From a virus (Duplodnaviria > Heunggongvirae > Uroviricota > Caudoviricetes): DNA of 64,000 bases. Positions 48,554 through 57,079 of this stretch are shown here, piece after piece; the first letter of the stretch is position 1, and each line of letters opens with the position of its first letter. Location of the stretch: the IMG/VR virus record IMGVR_UViG_3300031555_002573, positions 44,572 to 108,571 of that record; one strand, 5' to 3'. The notes below the pieces were generated by a model. The model ran no database searches and was not told the DNA's origin. It was given only the letters and a program-made list of their open reading frames with translations. Both the position numbers and the translations under genes were made by a program.

Positions 48554-49268
48554 TCGGGAATCCCGGGTACTTATTAGTTCATACCGGTAAGTAAGCAATG
48601 TCCCGACCCCAAGAGGTCAAGCCCCTCTGTACAAGGCTATGCGGCACTGTCCGAAACCAAGCAGCGTTTGTAAGTATACTCGTTAAAACTTTCCGCGATT
48701 CAGTTTGTTTGTAGTTGTTACCGCGTTCCAGTGTAAGAGGAATAGATAAAGACTTCAACTGCTCGGATTTGTTTACTCCGATGAAGCATCATAAGGAATC
48801 CAATGATGGTAAACAAAATAAGGTGCCACGAAGCTTTATCAATTTTGATAAGGATTGTTACCCAAAGTACAAGGGAGTGCAGAAGCAGTGGTAAATGGAG
48901 CGGAATGAACAGCCTTATTTTTGAATAATGTGCCGCATTCACCTCAACAATTCGTCGAAAGATGTTGGTGTTACGAAACGGCTAAGTGGAATTTGAGAGA
49001 CAGCATTATTCTGTGGTATCAAGATATCTTGACTAAGTGAGTAACATTCAGTTACGATGCCACAATAGACTTGCCATAGGTCGAGATACCTTCGAGGCTT
49101 GGAGCAACGAAGTAAAATAAAGTCCCCAAGATGTTACTAGGTCAGAACAACTAGTCGCCGCAAGGTAGAGCACAAGTGTTAGAGGTCGATAGGGTATATG
49201 GCACGAGCCCGATTAGGTAATGACAAGGCGTGTAAATGTGCAGAATCGCGAAAAACCTCCGCTTATAT

Positions 49269-49348
49269 CTAGGTGTTGGGGAGTTTGGTCACCCCGCCAG
49301 TTTTGGGAACTGGAGAACTCGTGAGTTCGAATCTCACCACCTAGACCA
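49269..49348 (+). tRNA. tRNA-Pro(TGG), CCA encoded
   Basis: C1-G72 acceptor CTAGGTG/CACCTAG; anticodon arm CCAGT-TTTGGGA-ACTGG. Confidence 0.75.
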
Positions 49349-49614
49349 GCCGGAAGAGATGGTCCTTCATCACCCTCACTTCACAAGGTAGCTCTTGTAT
49401 AAAGAAGAATGATGAACACATTTTTGGTTTGATGTAAGACTTTCTATGAGGTTAAGAAAGAAAGGAAACTCATGTTGCAACAGGGTTGGTAAACCTCTCT
49501 AACGGGAGAAAGCTTCCAATATATGTGCAGATTGATATCGGATTATATCGGGGAGGAGTCATTACCTCTTGGGGACGCCCTTGGCAGGTTCAAGTCCTGC
49601 ACTGTACACTATAT

Positions 49615-49691
49615 GCAGATGTAATTCAGTTGGTTAGAATGCTCGTCTGATACGCGAGTCGTCAATGGTTCAAATCCATTCATCTGCACCA
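49615..49691 (+). tRNA. tRNA-Ile(GAT), CCA encoded
   Basis: Anticodon arm CTCGT-CTGATAC-GCGAG; T arm AATGG-TTCAAAT-CCATT. Confidence 0.8.
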
Positions 49692-49745
49692 TTTAGATGT
49701 AATTTCGTTGAAAGTACTATATATTATTTTTAACGAAATGAGTAT

Positions 49746-49819
49746 GCGGGTATAGTTTAATGGTAAAACCCCTGCCTTCCAAGCAGATGATGACAGTTCG
49801 ATTCTGTTTACTCGCTCCA
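49746..49819 (+). tRNA. tRNA-Gly(TCC), second copy, CCA encoded
   Basis: Loop CTTCCAA; acceptor GCGGGTA/TACTCGC. Confidence 0.75.
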
Positions 49820-49994
49820 ATAAGTGAATAGCGACTTAGTTAACTGTTGCAACAGTTACAAACTGCTTGTGGGATGCGAAACCCCTGAAGTATAACTCAC
49901 TACAATACATGGAGGAAAAAGCCATCAATGGACTTCTGCAAGATGTAAAATACAGGAGGTAAAGGTTGTTATTAGTGAGATGACAATCATATAT

Positions 49995-50079
49995 GGATGA
50001 GTTGCATAGTGGCAATTGCAGCGGACTGTAAATCCGCCGTCTCACGACTACGCTGGTTCGAGTCCAGCCTCATCCACCA
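49995..50079 (+). tRNA. tRNA-Tyr(GTA), CCA encoded
   Basis: Anticodon arm GCGGA-CTGTAAA-TCCGC; long variable arm; T arm GCTGG-TTCGAGT-CCAGC. Confidence 0.85.
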
Positions 50080-50420
50080 GAGGGAAGTTGACTTTGAGTA
50101 TTTCAAACACACCTACTAATAGTGGTAGTAAATACTATACATGGGTTGATTTGCACGGGGCAAATAAGTAGTATAATAAGTACAGAAGTAAAAACTGCGG
50201 AAGAAACCGCCAAGCGGGTCCGAACCGGTGTAGGATGGACGAGTCTCTCTGGAAAGTTATATGAAAAAAGAGCGGTTCGAGTCCGTTATAACCCACCACT
50301 GGTAGAAATGTTAGCAAAAGAAGTCACTACCTCAAACGATTGTATCAACTTAATAAGTGTAGATTATTCGGTATCAAATTGACGGATGTGCGGTTAGCCG
50401 ACCTTAAGGTGTTATATACG

Positions 50421-50520
50421 GATAAGTAAACTGAAATGGGTACAGTAGGGTAATTGCCTGTACGGTTCGATTCCGTCTTGGTCTTGGCAGATATGCTGGT
50501 TCGAGTCCAGTCTTATCCAT
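50421..50520 (+). ncRNA. tRNA-like element (about 100 nt) with a perfect acceptor stem, D arm and two T-arm-like hairpins, no canonical anticodon arm, no encoded CCA
   Basis: GGATAAG...CTTATCC acceptor; D arm ACTG/CAGT; hairpins ACGG-TTCGATT-CCGT and GCTGG-TTCGAGT-CCAGT. Confidence 0.35.
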
Positions 50521-50603
50521 CAAATAAGCCCTGTCCGTGGTAAAAGTCGGTAAAGAGGTGTAATCCCACCAGGCAATTAAATAAGTGAGTTAAAAGATTA
50601 TTT

Positions 50604-50679
50604 GGGGGAGTAGCCTAACGGCTAGGCACACGACTTTTAATCGTGACCACGTAGGGTTCGACTCCCACCTCCCCCACCA
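50604..50679 (+). tRNA. tRNA-Lys(TTT), CCA encoded
   Basis: GGGGGAG/CTCCCCC acceptor; anticodon arm CACGA-CTTTTAA-TCGTG; weak T stem. Confidence 0.75.
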
Positions 50680-50825
50680 GGCGCTGATAGGTAGCAAATA
50701 ATAGCAGCGACAGTGGGCACTACAAAGTGTGTTAACAAACTAATATGTGTGGTAACCGAGTACCTTAAGCGGTGTTAAATATGGAGACATGGGTTAGAGG
50801 ATTAAATCACCTCTCTCCATATATG

Positions 50826-50908
50826 GCTATGTAACTCAATCGGTAGAGTTTTTCGGTACCACTTAACAAAGAGTTGTTAGTTGCAAGTTCGAGTCTTGCC
50901 ATAGCCAA
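50826..50908 (+). ncRNA. tRNA-like element lacking an anticodon arm
   Basis: Acceptor GGCTATG/CATAGCC, D arm ACTC-AATCGGTA-GAGT and T arm GCAAG-TTCGAGT-CTTGC are canonical. The 33 nt between them contain only a TAACAA-AGAG-TTGTTA hairpin. No CCA. Confidence 0.4.
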
Positions 50909-50922
50909 ATATTTTTTATTTA

Positions 50923-50956
50923 ATAGTTGATTTTCAAATTATTTTATTGTATAATG
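50923..50956 (+). promoter_or_regulatory. conserved extended promoter
   Basis: taatagTTGATTttc..tgTATAAT; upstream of tRNA-Arg. Confidence 0.55.
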
Positions 50957-51007
50957 AATATGTCAAGTGAGTTTGAACACATCACTATGCTACCAATATT
51001 AATATAT

Positions 51008-51085
51008 GCGCCCTTAGCTCAGCAGGAACAGAGCATCTGCCTTCTAAGCAGAGGGTCGGGGGTTCGAGTCCCTCAGGGCGTGCCA
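51008..51085 (+). tRNA. tRNA-Arg(TCT), CCA encoded
   Basis: Anticodon arm TCTGC-CTTCTAA-GCAGA. Confidence 0.8.
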
Positions 51086-51291
51086 TTTGCAGGTAGCTCC
51101 TGCTGATTTGAGAGGACAGTATTGCCCTCAATAAGAATGACAATGACATACTACAATATGTTTTAGTGACATAATCAGCTGTAACGATGTGCTACTGTCG
51201 TGTACGAGTATTAGAACAAACGGCACAATGACGGTATGATAGGATAGGCTCCTTGATGGGATGTATTGTATTGTGTAAGTATACTTGATAT

Positions 51292-51384
51292 GGAGGAGTA
51301 CCCAAGTAGGTGAAGGGGCGAGTTTGCTAAACTTGTAGGTCGGAGTAATTCGGCGCGGGAGTTCGAGCCTCCCCTCCTCCGCCA
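51292..51384 (+). tRNA. tRNA-Ser(GCT), CCA encoded
   Basis: 3-bp D stem; loop TTGCTAA; long variable arm; T arm GGGAG-TTCGAGC-CTCCC. Confidence 0.8.
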
Positions 51385-51563
51385 GCTGTCGTACATGGAC
51401 GTCGCGACATTAAATGCAGATAAGCACACAAGAAGGTTGATGTCCCGTTTCAATTGATTTGGGAGTTAAAATCAAAGGTTCTTAGCTATTCCAGAAACTA
51501 AGCGTAAGTGAGAATGAAAGTGCACGCATTGTGTAACATGTAGTACGAGAAGCTACCTTATAC

Positions 51564-51652
51564 GGAGGAGTAGCGAAGTGGTCATAACGCGGCGGTCTTG
51601 AAAACCGTTTGTCCGAAAGGACACGTGGGTTCGAATCCCACCTCCTCCGCCA
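51564..51652 (+). tRNA. tRNA-Ser(TGA), CCA encoded
   Basis: Loop CTTGAAA; variable-arm hairpin GTCCGAAAGGAC; T arm GTGGG-TTCGAAT-CCCAC. Confidence 0.8.
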
Positions 51653-51671
51653 CAAGTAAACACAGATAGAG

Positions 51672-52490
51672 GTGATTTCTATGTATAGAGGATGTATCCC
51701 ATCTAAGGTTGATATCAGAGATTATAAAATTACATATTCTGCTTCTGATGTTCTACCTGCTAAGTTCAGATTAACAAAACTTCCCAAAGTAAAAGACCAG
51801 AAGTGTGTTAATTCTTGTGTAGCTCACGCTACAAGTACTATTTTAGAATACTTTGATTATCAAGATGGAAAAGGTCATGAACTATCCACAAACTTTCTTT
51901 ATGGTGGACAAAAAAAGTTGTGTGGTTACGAGGGACAAGGAATGTATCTTAGGGATGCGTGTGAAATTGCGAAAGATTATGGTGACCCGATAGAATCCTT
52001 GTGTAAGGGAAATGATGAGGTTCCTGATTCTTGGGCAGTAGCAGAAGAAGCACTTGATAATCAAGAGGCGTTGGACAACGCTAAATTTTTCAAAATAAAA
52101 TCTTATTATAGATGTGATAACATAGGTGCCATCAAGAAAGCCGTTCATAAATATGGTCCTGTTCTTGTTTGTATAAAATGGTATAATGATTTTTCAGTTG
52201 ATAGTACAGGAGTAATTCACAGTACACAAACAGGAGACTACGGATATCATGCCGTGATTATTTATGGATGGAATGACAAAGGATTTTACATTCAAAACTC
52301 TTGGGGTAGAAACTGGGGAAAGAATGGCAGAGCAATTCTTCCATATGAAATTCCAGTTGAAGAGGGAAGAGTATTGATTGATGATTCTATTGACATTGAT
52401 AAAAAAGATGTTGTTGTTCCAAAAAGAAACTCTTTGTTAGACATCTTTTGCAAAATTGCCAACTGGATTATTAATTTATTTAAAAAATAA
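51672..52490 (+). CDS. papain-like C1 family cysteine peptidase
   Basis: QKCVNSCVAHAT (Gln/Cys), GYHAVIIYGW (His) and NSWGRNWGKNG (Asn-Ser-Trp-Gly) in canonical order; GGAGGTG RBS. Confidence 0.55.
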   Translation: MISMYRGCIPSKVDIRDYKITYSASDVLPAKFRLTKLPKVKDQKCVNSCVAHATSTILEYFDYQDGKGHELSTNFLYGGQKKLCGYEGQGMYLRDACEIAKDYGDPIESLCKGNDEVPDSWAVAEEALDNQEALDNAKFFKIKSYYRCDNIGAIKKAVHKYGPVLVCIKWYNDFSVDSTGVIHSTQTGDYGYHAVIIYGWNDKGFYIQNSWGRNWGKNGRAILPYEIPVEEGRVLIDDSIDIDKKDVVVPKRNSLLDIFCKIANWIINLFKK

Positions 52491-52498
52491 TTTTTATA

Positions 52499-52532
52499 AT
52501 AGTTGATTTTTTAGTTTTTTTATTGTATAATA
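52499..52532 (+). promoter_or_regulatory. conserved extended promoter
   Basis: taatagTTGATTttt..tgTATAAT; upstream of tRNA-Thr and tRNA-Ala. Confidence 0.55.
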
Positions 52533-52608
52533 ATATATGGTGCTTAAAGGTAAGATAAGACATATGTGCTTATGAAGCGTTTTGACCATAACTCGAAACG
52601 AATCACAT

Positions 52609-52684
52609 GCTGGATTAGCTCAGTTGGTAGAGCAACGCACTTGTAATGCGTAGGTCGTCAGTTCGAGTCTGACATCCAGCTCCA
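52609..52684 (+). tRNA. tRNA-Thr(TGT), CCA encoded
   Basis: Anticodon arm ACGCA-CTTGTAA-TGCGT. Confidence 0.85.
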
Positions 52685-52687
52685 TAT

Positions 52688-52763
52688 GGGCCCGTAACTC
52701 AGCTGGGAGAGTGCCACCCTTGCAAGGTGGAAGTCGTGAGTTCGAATCTCATCGGGTCCACCA
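52688..52763 (+). tRNA. tRNA-Ala(TGC), CCA encoded
   Basis: Anticodon arm CCACC-CTTGCAA-GGTGG. Confidence 0.85.
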
Positions 52764-53548
52764 TGTTGTACCTTGAAAGATGAATACATACTAACTCAGT
52801 GCTAAACAACGAATACGCTTTCGTTGCTGAGAAAGGTTGAATGTGCTGGGAACACACGAAGACGGATACGTTGGATAGTTCGCCGGACTCTAATTCGTGA
52901 GGGTTAGAGGTAAGAGGTTGATAGCCCAAACACAAGACCTTGTACTAGAGTTATTCCCAAATAAGGGCAGAATGTGTATCGTGGGAACAATAGAAAGATT
53001 GAGTGAACAGCTCTTTCCGAATCCAAGTTAGGGTTTAGCCGGTGACTGTATCAAACCTTGGAAATACCAACAATCCCATTGGTCGTGAAGCATAGAAATA
53101 TGTGTATAAGATATGCATGTCATCTCCAAGTAGCCGAAGACCTTGACAAACTGATAAATTATCTACTTGAGATAGTAAATAATTTTCTGAACAGACGGTG
53201 AAAGGTACAGGTAACCAGACCTGTGGTAGCTCGTGTGGAAAGCGGCGGATATCTAATCCGTGCGGCTAACTCCTCGTGGCAAGAAGTTAGAGGTCGCTCC
53301 TCGAAGCTCAGACTTGTCATCTACATAGCTTAATATATTTGAGAATAATTGTAGCAACCCGAAGGGGTAGTAGATGTATTTGTCTTTCAGGGTACAATTT
53401 ACAATACATAGACCTGTTGGTTATGCTTACTATAAGAGTAGTTCAGCTCATTACTTGATGAAATTATAAGTAAGAAACACAGTAGATGCTAGCTCTATTT
53501 TCTTCGGAAGCAGGTCATTGGCCAGGGGATGCGTCCTTTGGCTTATAT

Positions 53549-53622
53549 CGCAGTGGTGGAGCAATGGTAGCTCATCGGGCTCATAATCCGAAGACGAGGT
53601 TCGAATCCTACGACTGCACCCA
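53549..53622 (+). tRNA. initiator-like tRNA-Met(CAT) with irregular acceptor and T stems, CCA encoded
   Basis: TGGAGCAATGGTAGCTCATCGGGCTCATAATCCGA closely matches the Bacillus tRNA-fMet core. C1 x A72 mismatch; only 3 bp in the T stem. Confidence 0.5.
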
Positions 53623-53771
53623 GCTTTTTAGGTTTATACACATTGTTTACAGTTAAGCATATCAAACTACAAACAAGTGGGTGTATTTACTAGTTTTCTA
53701 CCATAAGATGTAAACTAGTCGGTGGTTATGAAGTACCTGTGGAATACCGTCATAGAAAAACTTCATTATAT

Positions 53772-53859
53772 ATCCGAATGGTGTAAGGTAGCATATCACA
53801 GAGTGCTCTAAAAGAGACGAGATTGTGAGGATGAGGTTCGAGTCCTCTTTCGGGTACCA
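53772..53859 (+). ncRNA. tRNA-like element with acceptor, D and T arms and CCA but no anticodon arm
   Basis: ATCCGAA/TTCGGGT acceptor; D arm TGGTGTAAGGTAGCAT; T arm TGAGG-TTCGAGT-CCTCT; ACCA 3' end. No 5-bp stem plus 7-nt loop anywhere in the 37-nt central region. Confidence 0.35.
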
Positions 53860-54097
53860 AACTTCTTTGGTATAGTATAATGCGTCTTATCTATGCAATC
53901 CAAGGCTATGATAAGCGACCTATAACAGAAGACAAATTGATGCATCAATCGTTTCACCAAGGTGTGAGCGTGTCAACATTCCAAGAGTAAGAACTTTGGT
54001 TGAGGAATGAGAAGTTTATTTATATAAAGAATGAACAGTTAGCAACGCTTGAGGTAACCTTATAAAAACTCAGCCCTGCTACCATATGGCTCCATAG

Positions 54098-54174
54098 TAC
54101 AGTTGGTCAGTACGCTAGCCTGTCACGCTAGAGGTCGCGGGTTCGAACCCCGCTGGAGTCGCCAATCTTCCATA
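54098..54174 (+). tRNA. tRNA-Asp(GTC), CCA encoded
   Basis: Anticodon arm CTAGC-CTGTCAC-GCTAG; discriminator G. Confidence 0.85.
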
Positions 54175-54199
54175 ACTAATTTCTATAATTTTCTATTTA

Positions 54200-54233
54200 A
54201 TAGTTGAAATAATTTACAATATGTAGTATAATA
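54200..54233 (+). promoter_or_regulatory. conserved extended promoter (TTGAAA -35)
   Basis: taatagTTGAAAtaa..gtagTATAAT. Confidence 0.5.
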
Positions 54234-54262
54234 AATACGAAGTAAAAACAAGGAGAGTACTT

Positions 54263-54571
54263 ATGGAAACTACAAATCATTGGAATAGTAGAAATGATAG
54301 ACTCGCGTTCATTCAGAAAGAAATTGGAATTGGTAAGCCTGTTAAAACATTTAAGTGGGACAAGGGGCATCCTAATGGTCCAGAGCTACATACTATAACT
54401 GATACTGGAATTATTATCATTAGAAATGCTCTAACCAATAAACTTGTAACTACTTTAATTGCAAGGCCCGGACAAATAAAAAGATACTATGACAAACTAA
54501 AGACTGAAGTTCCGGAATTCATAATGAAACTTGCTTATGAACACGAGCAAAAAGGTTATAATTACATATAA
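54263..54571 (+). CDS. hypothetical protein
   Basis: AAGGAGAG RBS; downstream of the promoter at 54204. Confidence 0.5.
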   Translation: METTNHWNSRNDRLAFIQKEIGIGKPVKTFKWDKGHPNGPELHTITDTGIIIIRNALTNKLVTTLIARPGQIKRYYDKLKTEVPEFIMKLAYEHEQKGYNYI

Positions 54572-54584
54572 AATTATTATTAAA

Positions 54585-54618
54585 ATAGTTGACAAACAAC
54601 TCTATTAAGAGTATAATA
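54585..54618 (+). promoter_or_regulatory. conserved extended promoter (TTGACA, 17 nt, TATAAT)
   Basis: aaatagTTGACAaac..gagTATAAT; upstream of tRNA-Asn. Confidence 0.6.
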
Positions 54619-54655
54619 AATAGCATAGTAAACAAACTGCTATGCTATTAGATAT

Positions 54656-54732
54656 TCCCCTGTAGCTCAGCTGGTGGTAGCATCTGACTGTTAATCAGAG
54701 GGTCGCTGGTTCAAGTCCGGCCGGGGGAGCCA
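54656..54732 (+). tRNA. tRNA-Asn(GTT), CCA encoded
   Basis: Anticodon arm TCTGA-CTGTTAA-TCAGA; preceded by a 10-bp leader hairpin. Confidence 0.8.
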
Positions 54733-55003
54733 GGGTGTGTAAGAAAGCAAATGTGCCCACACACGTTGTCAATAAAAAGGGAAATGTGCAGTTTCGGCTA
54801 CTTCAACCGACCAATTAAATATCATCACTGTCGCCCAGTTTCTCTGACAAAATCACAATAAGTAGTGTTAATTCGTTGTACATTTCTCTTTCCTCCTTCG
54901 ATTTTATTGAACTCAAAAAATAACAACACTCCTTTCGTTTTTATGTTTACAACACTACTGGCGACAGTTTATTTTTATATTAAAGAGGGTTATATGCAAA
55001 AAA

Positions 55004-55551
55004 TAGTTGTTTCAGATATGGACGATGTGCTTGTTGATTTAATACCTGCTTGGGTTGATTTGTTGAATAAACAACATAATAGAAATGTAAATTATAAAGA
55101 TATTACTGAATGGGATATGCATATTTCATACCCAGGACTAACTGACAAAGAATTGTTCGGTGTGCTTAACACAGAAGAACTTTGGAAGAGTGTTCAACCA
55201 AAAGTAAATGCTGTTGAAGGCGTAAAAAGATTTATAGATGATGGTTATAAATTTTATGTCTGTACAGCTTCTCACTACAAGACGATAGCTAATAAAATGA
55301 CACATGCACTTTTCCCTTATTTTAATCTAAATTACCAAGACATAATTGTATGTCACGACAAACATCTAATACACTGTGACTATATAGTAGACGATAACCC
55401 CGAAAATCTAAAACATAGTTCGGCAATTAGGTTTTTAATGGATACTCCACATAATCAAAAAGCAGATATGCATCATTACGATTTTAGAGTATCTTCTCTA
55501 TTGGATATGTATAATATTATAAAGGAGTTGGAAAGACTAGAAAATGAATAA
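55004..55551 (+). CDS. 5'(3')-deoxyribonucleotidase (HAD superfamily, NT5C family)
   Basis: IVVSDMDDVLVD matches VLVDMDGVLADF; FYVCTASHYK...DKHLIHCDYIVDDNPENL matches FICTSPIKMFKYC...DKTVVSADLLIDDRPD of NT5C enzymes. Start set at the ATG after an AGAGGG RBS. Confidence 0.65.
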
Positions 55552-55768
55552 AATCAAAGTAATGTTAGACACTGGAACAGATTGTGCTAACTTCGTGCAA
55601 ATTGCTAACACTATCAATGAACCAGTATTTCTTGAAGATGGCTCTAGTTATAGGGTAAATGCGAAATCTCTTATGGGAGTTATGTATGGCAAGCACGAAT
55701 TTACAGAACTTTATGTAATAAGTGATAACGAAAATATTGCTACAAAATTTTTAAGATTCATTGTTTGA
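55544..55768 (+). CDS. hypothetical small protein
   Basis: 74-aa ORF. Confidence 0.45.
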   Translation: MNKIKVMLDTGTDCANFVQIANTINEPVFLEDGSSYRVNAKSLMGVMYGKHEFTELYVISDNENIATKFLRFIV

Positions 55769-55771
55769 AAT

Positions 55772-55804
55772 AAGTGCCTATAACAATTGGCACTTATTTT
55801 TTTA
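55772..55804 (+). terminator. rho-independent terminator
   Basis: aagtgcctataacaattggcactt hairpin followed by attttttt. Confidence 0.65.
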
Positions 55805-55808
55805 TTTA

Positions 55809-55842
55809 ATAGTTGATTTATTTTAATAATTATAATATAATA
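55809..55842 (+). promoter_or_regulatory. conserved extended promoter
   Basis: taatagTTGATTtat..TATAAT. Confidence 0.5.
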
Positions 55843-55872
55843 TACTTACAGTAAGGAAGGGGAGAGACAAAT

Positions 55873-56208
55873 ATGAAGCGGTATTTGATTAAGGAAATTT
55901 CTACTGGGACAGAAAACAATCCTAGTTTTGCTGGAGTCAAGAATACATATTACTTGGGTAAAGGTCATTCCACCAATGTTGGACGCATGGTTATTGAGAA
56001 TGATGTGAGTTCCGACAGATTGGATTTTGCTATTCAATATCTTGCACGAGAGTACGGATACGAATCTGAACGAGCATGTAAGATTGGTATTGCAGCCGAG
56101 AAGAAACGTTCTGATGAAGAGACAGCACAGTGGCGTCATCACACCTTTGAATTGGAAGTTTTTGAAGTGGAGGTGTTCAACAATGACTCGAAAAGAATTA
56201 TTAAATAA
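55873..56208 (+). CDS. hypothetical protein
   Basis: AAGGAAGGGGAGAG RBS. Confidence 0.5.
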   Translation: MKRYLIKEISTGTENNPSFAGVKNTYYLGKGHSTNVGRMVIENDVSSDRLDFAIQYLAREYGYESERACKIGIAAEKKRSDEETAQWRHHTFELEVFEVEVFNNDSKRIIK

Positions 56209-56449
56209 ACTTGAAGAGGTTTTCAGCAATGGCCTCTATGCAGGTATGATAGTATTCAGAAGTCCTGTTGATATGAAGCTTTATGAGAGACACATCTATG
56301 CGGATTACAACGCGGAAGTAGTTTTGTGGTTAGACTCAGTTTGTAAGTTCTATGAAGAGTACAATATGGAGTATATAGCATACCTTAACAATGGGATTTA
56401 CAAAGAGAATAAATTTCAGATTACTGAGGAGGATTGTACTGATGAATAA
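56183..56449 (+). CDS. hypothetical protein
   Basis: Internal ATG (MTRKELL) of track ORF 56027..56449, overlapping the upstream gene end. Confidence 0.45.
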   Translation: MTRKELLNKLEEVFSNGLYAGMIVFRSPVDMKLYERHIYADYNAEVVLWLDSVCKFYEEYNMEYIAYLNNGIYKENKFQITEEDCTDE

Positions 56450-56744
56450 AACGGAATTTATGCGTAAACTTGAGAGTATTGATGCCAAGTTTGCTAATGT
56501 GTCAATCACAGAAAATGAGTATAAAATTATTGAGTATGTGTATAATTGGCATCCGTCTATCGATGCCGTAAGAGGAAAAGAACAGATTGCCTATTTATAC
56601 TGTGAATTTGGTATGTCTCTTATAAACGATATGGTGAACACTGCGACGGCGGCTATGGAAGCTGAACAAGAAATGATGAAAGCTAAAGAAGCCTATGAGA
56701 TTGCAGTAATGAACTACAATAAATTAAAACAAGGTACTCATTAA
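56442..56744 (+). CDS. hypothetical protein
   Basis: MNKTEFMRKL start overlapping the upstream stop. Confidence 0.45.
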   Translation: MNKTEFMRKLESIDAKFANVSITENEYKIIEYVYNWHPSIDAVRGKEQIAYLYCEFGMSLINDMVNTATAAMEAEQEMMKAKEAYEIAVMNYNKLKQGTH

Positions 56745-56753
56745 AAATAATTA

Positions 56754-56999
56754 TTGAAAGGTTTGGTATTTATTATGTGTTGCTTGATTGCTTTTATGTT
56801 GTCATTCTTTTCTGTTCTACTCAATATATCAGAAATTACAGGATGGTTCAAGGGCGTATTCATTATTATTATGATTCTGTTAGTATGGGTAGGATACATA
56901 GTCGAGGAAAGACAATATGATAAAATTAAAAATTTAGAAGAGGAGCTTTCCTCTATGAAGGACAAAATTTCTAGTTTGGAAGAACATAATAAGAAATAA
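56754..56999 (+). CDS. small membrane protein with a C-terminal coiled coil
   Basis: Two hydrophobic helices then EELSSMKDKISSLEEHNKK. Confidence 0.45.
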   Translation: MKGLVFIMCCLIAFMLSFFSVLLNISEITGWFKGVFIIIMILLVWVGYIVEERQYDKIKNLEEELSSMKDKISSLEEHNKK

Positions 57000-57014
57000 A
57001 ATAATTTTTATTTA

Positions 57015-57049
57015 ATAGTTGATTTATTATGTTAAATGCGGTATAATAT
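57015..57049 (+). promoter_or_regulatory. conserved extended promoter (18-nt spacer)
   Basis: taatagTTGATTtat..cggTATAAT. Confidence 0.55.
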
Positions 57050-57079
57050 ATTTACACTAAAGAAAAGGAGAAATGTAAA

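Noticed and set aside
45545-52935. Short ORFs predicted inside the tRNA array (45545-45868 minus, 47359-47571 minus, 47793-47990 minus, 47897-48112, 48718-48942 minus, 49836-50045 minus, 50122-50382, 50135-50317 minus, 51211-51453 minus, 52699-52935 minus)
   Set aside because: Each overlaps one or more tRNA genes or tRNA-like structures, lacks an RBS and has atypical composition. They are treated as non-coding.
45400-54760. Possibility that the ORF-free, repeat-rich tRNA region is a CRISPR array
   Set aside because: No regularly spaced identical direct repeats. The repeated units are promoter consensus copies and tRNA structural motifs, not CRISPR repeats.
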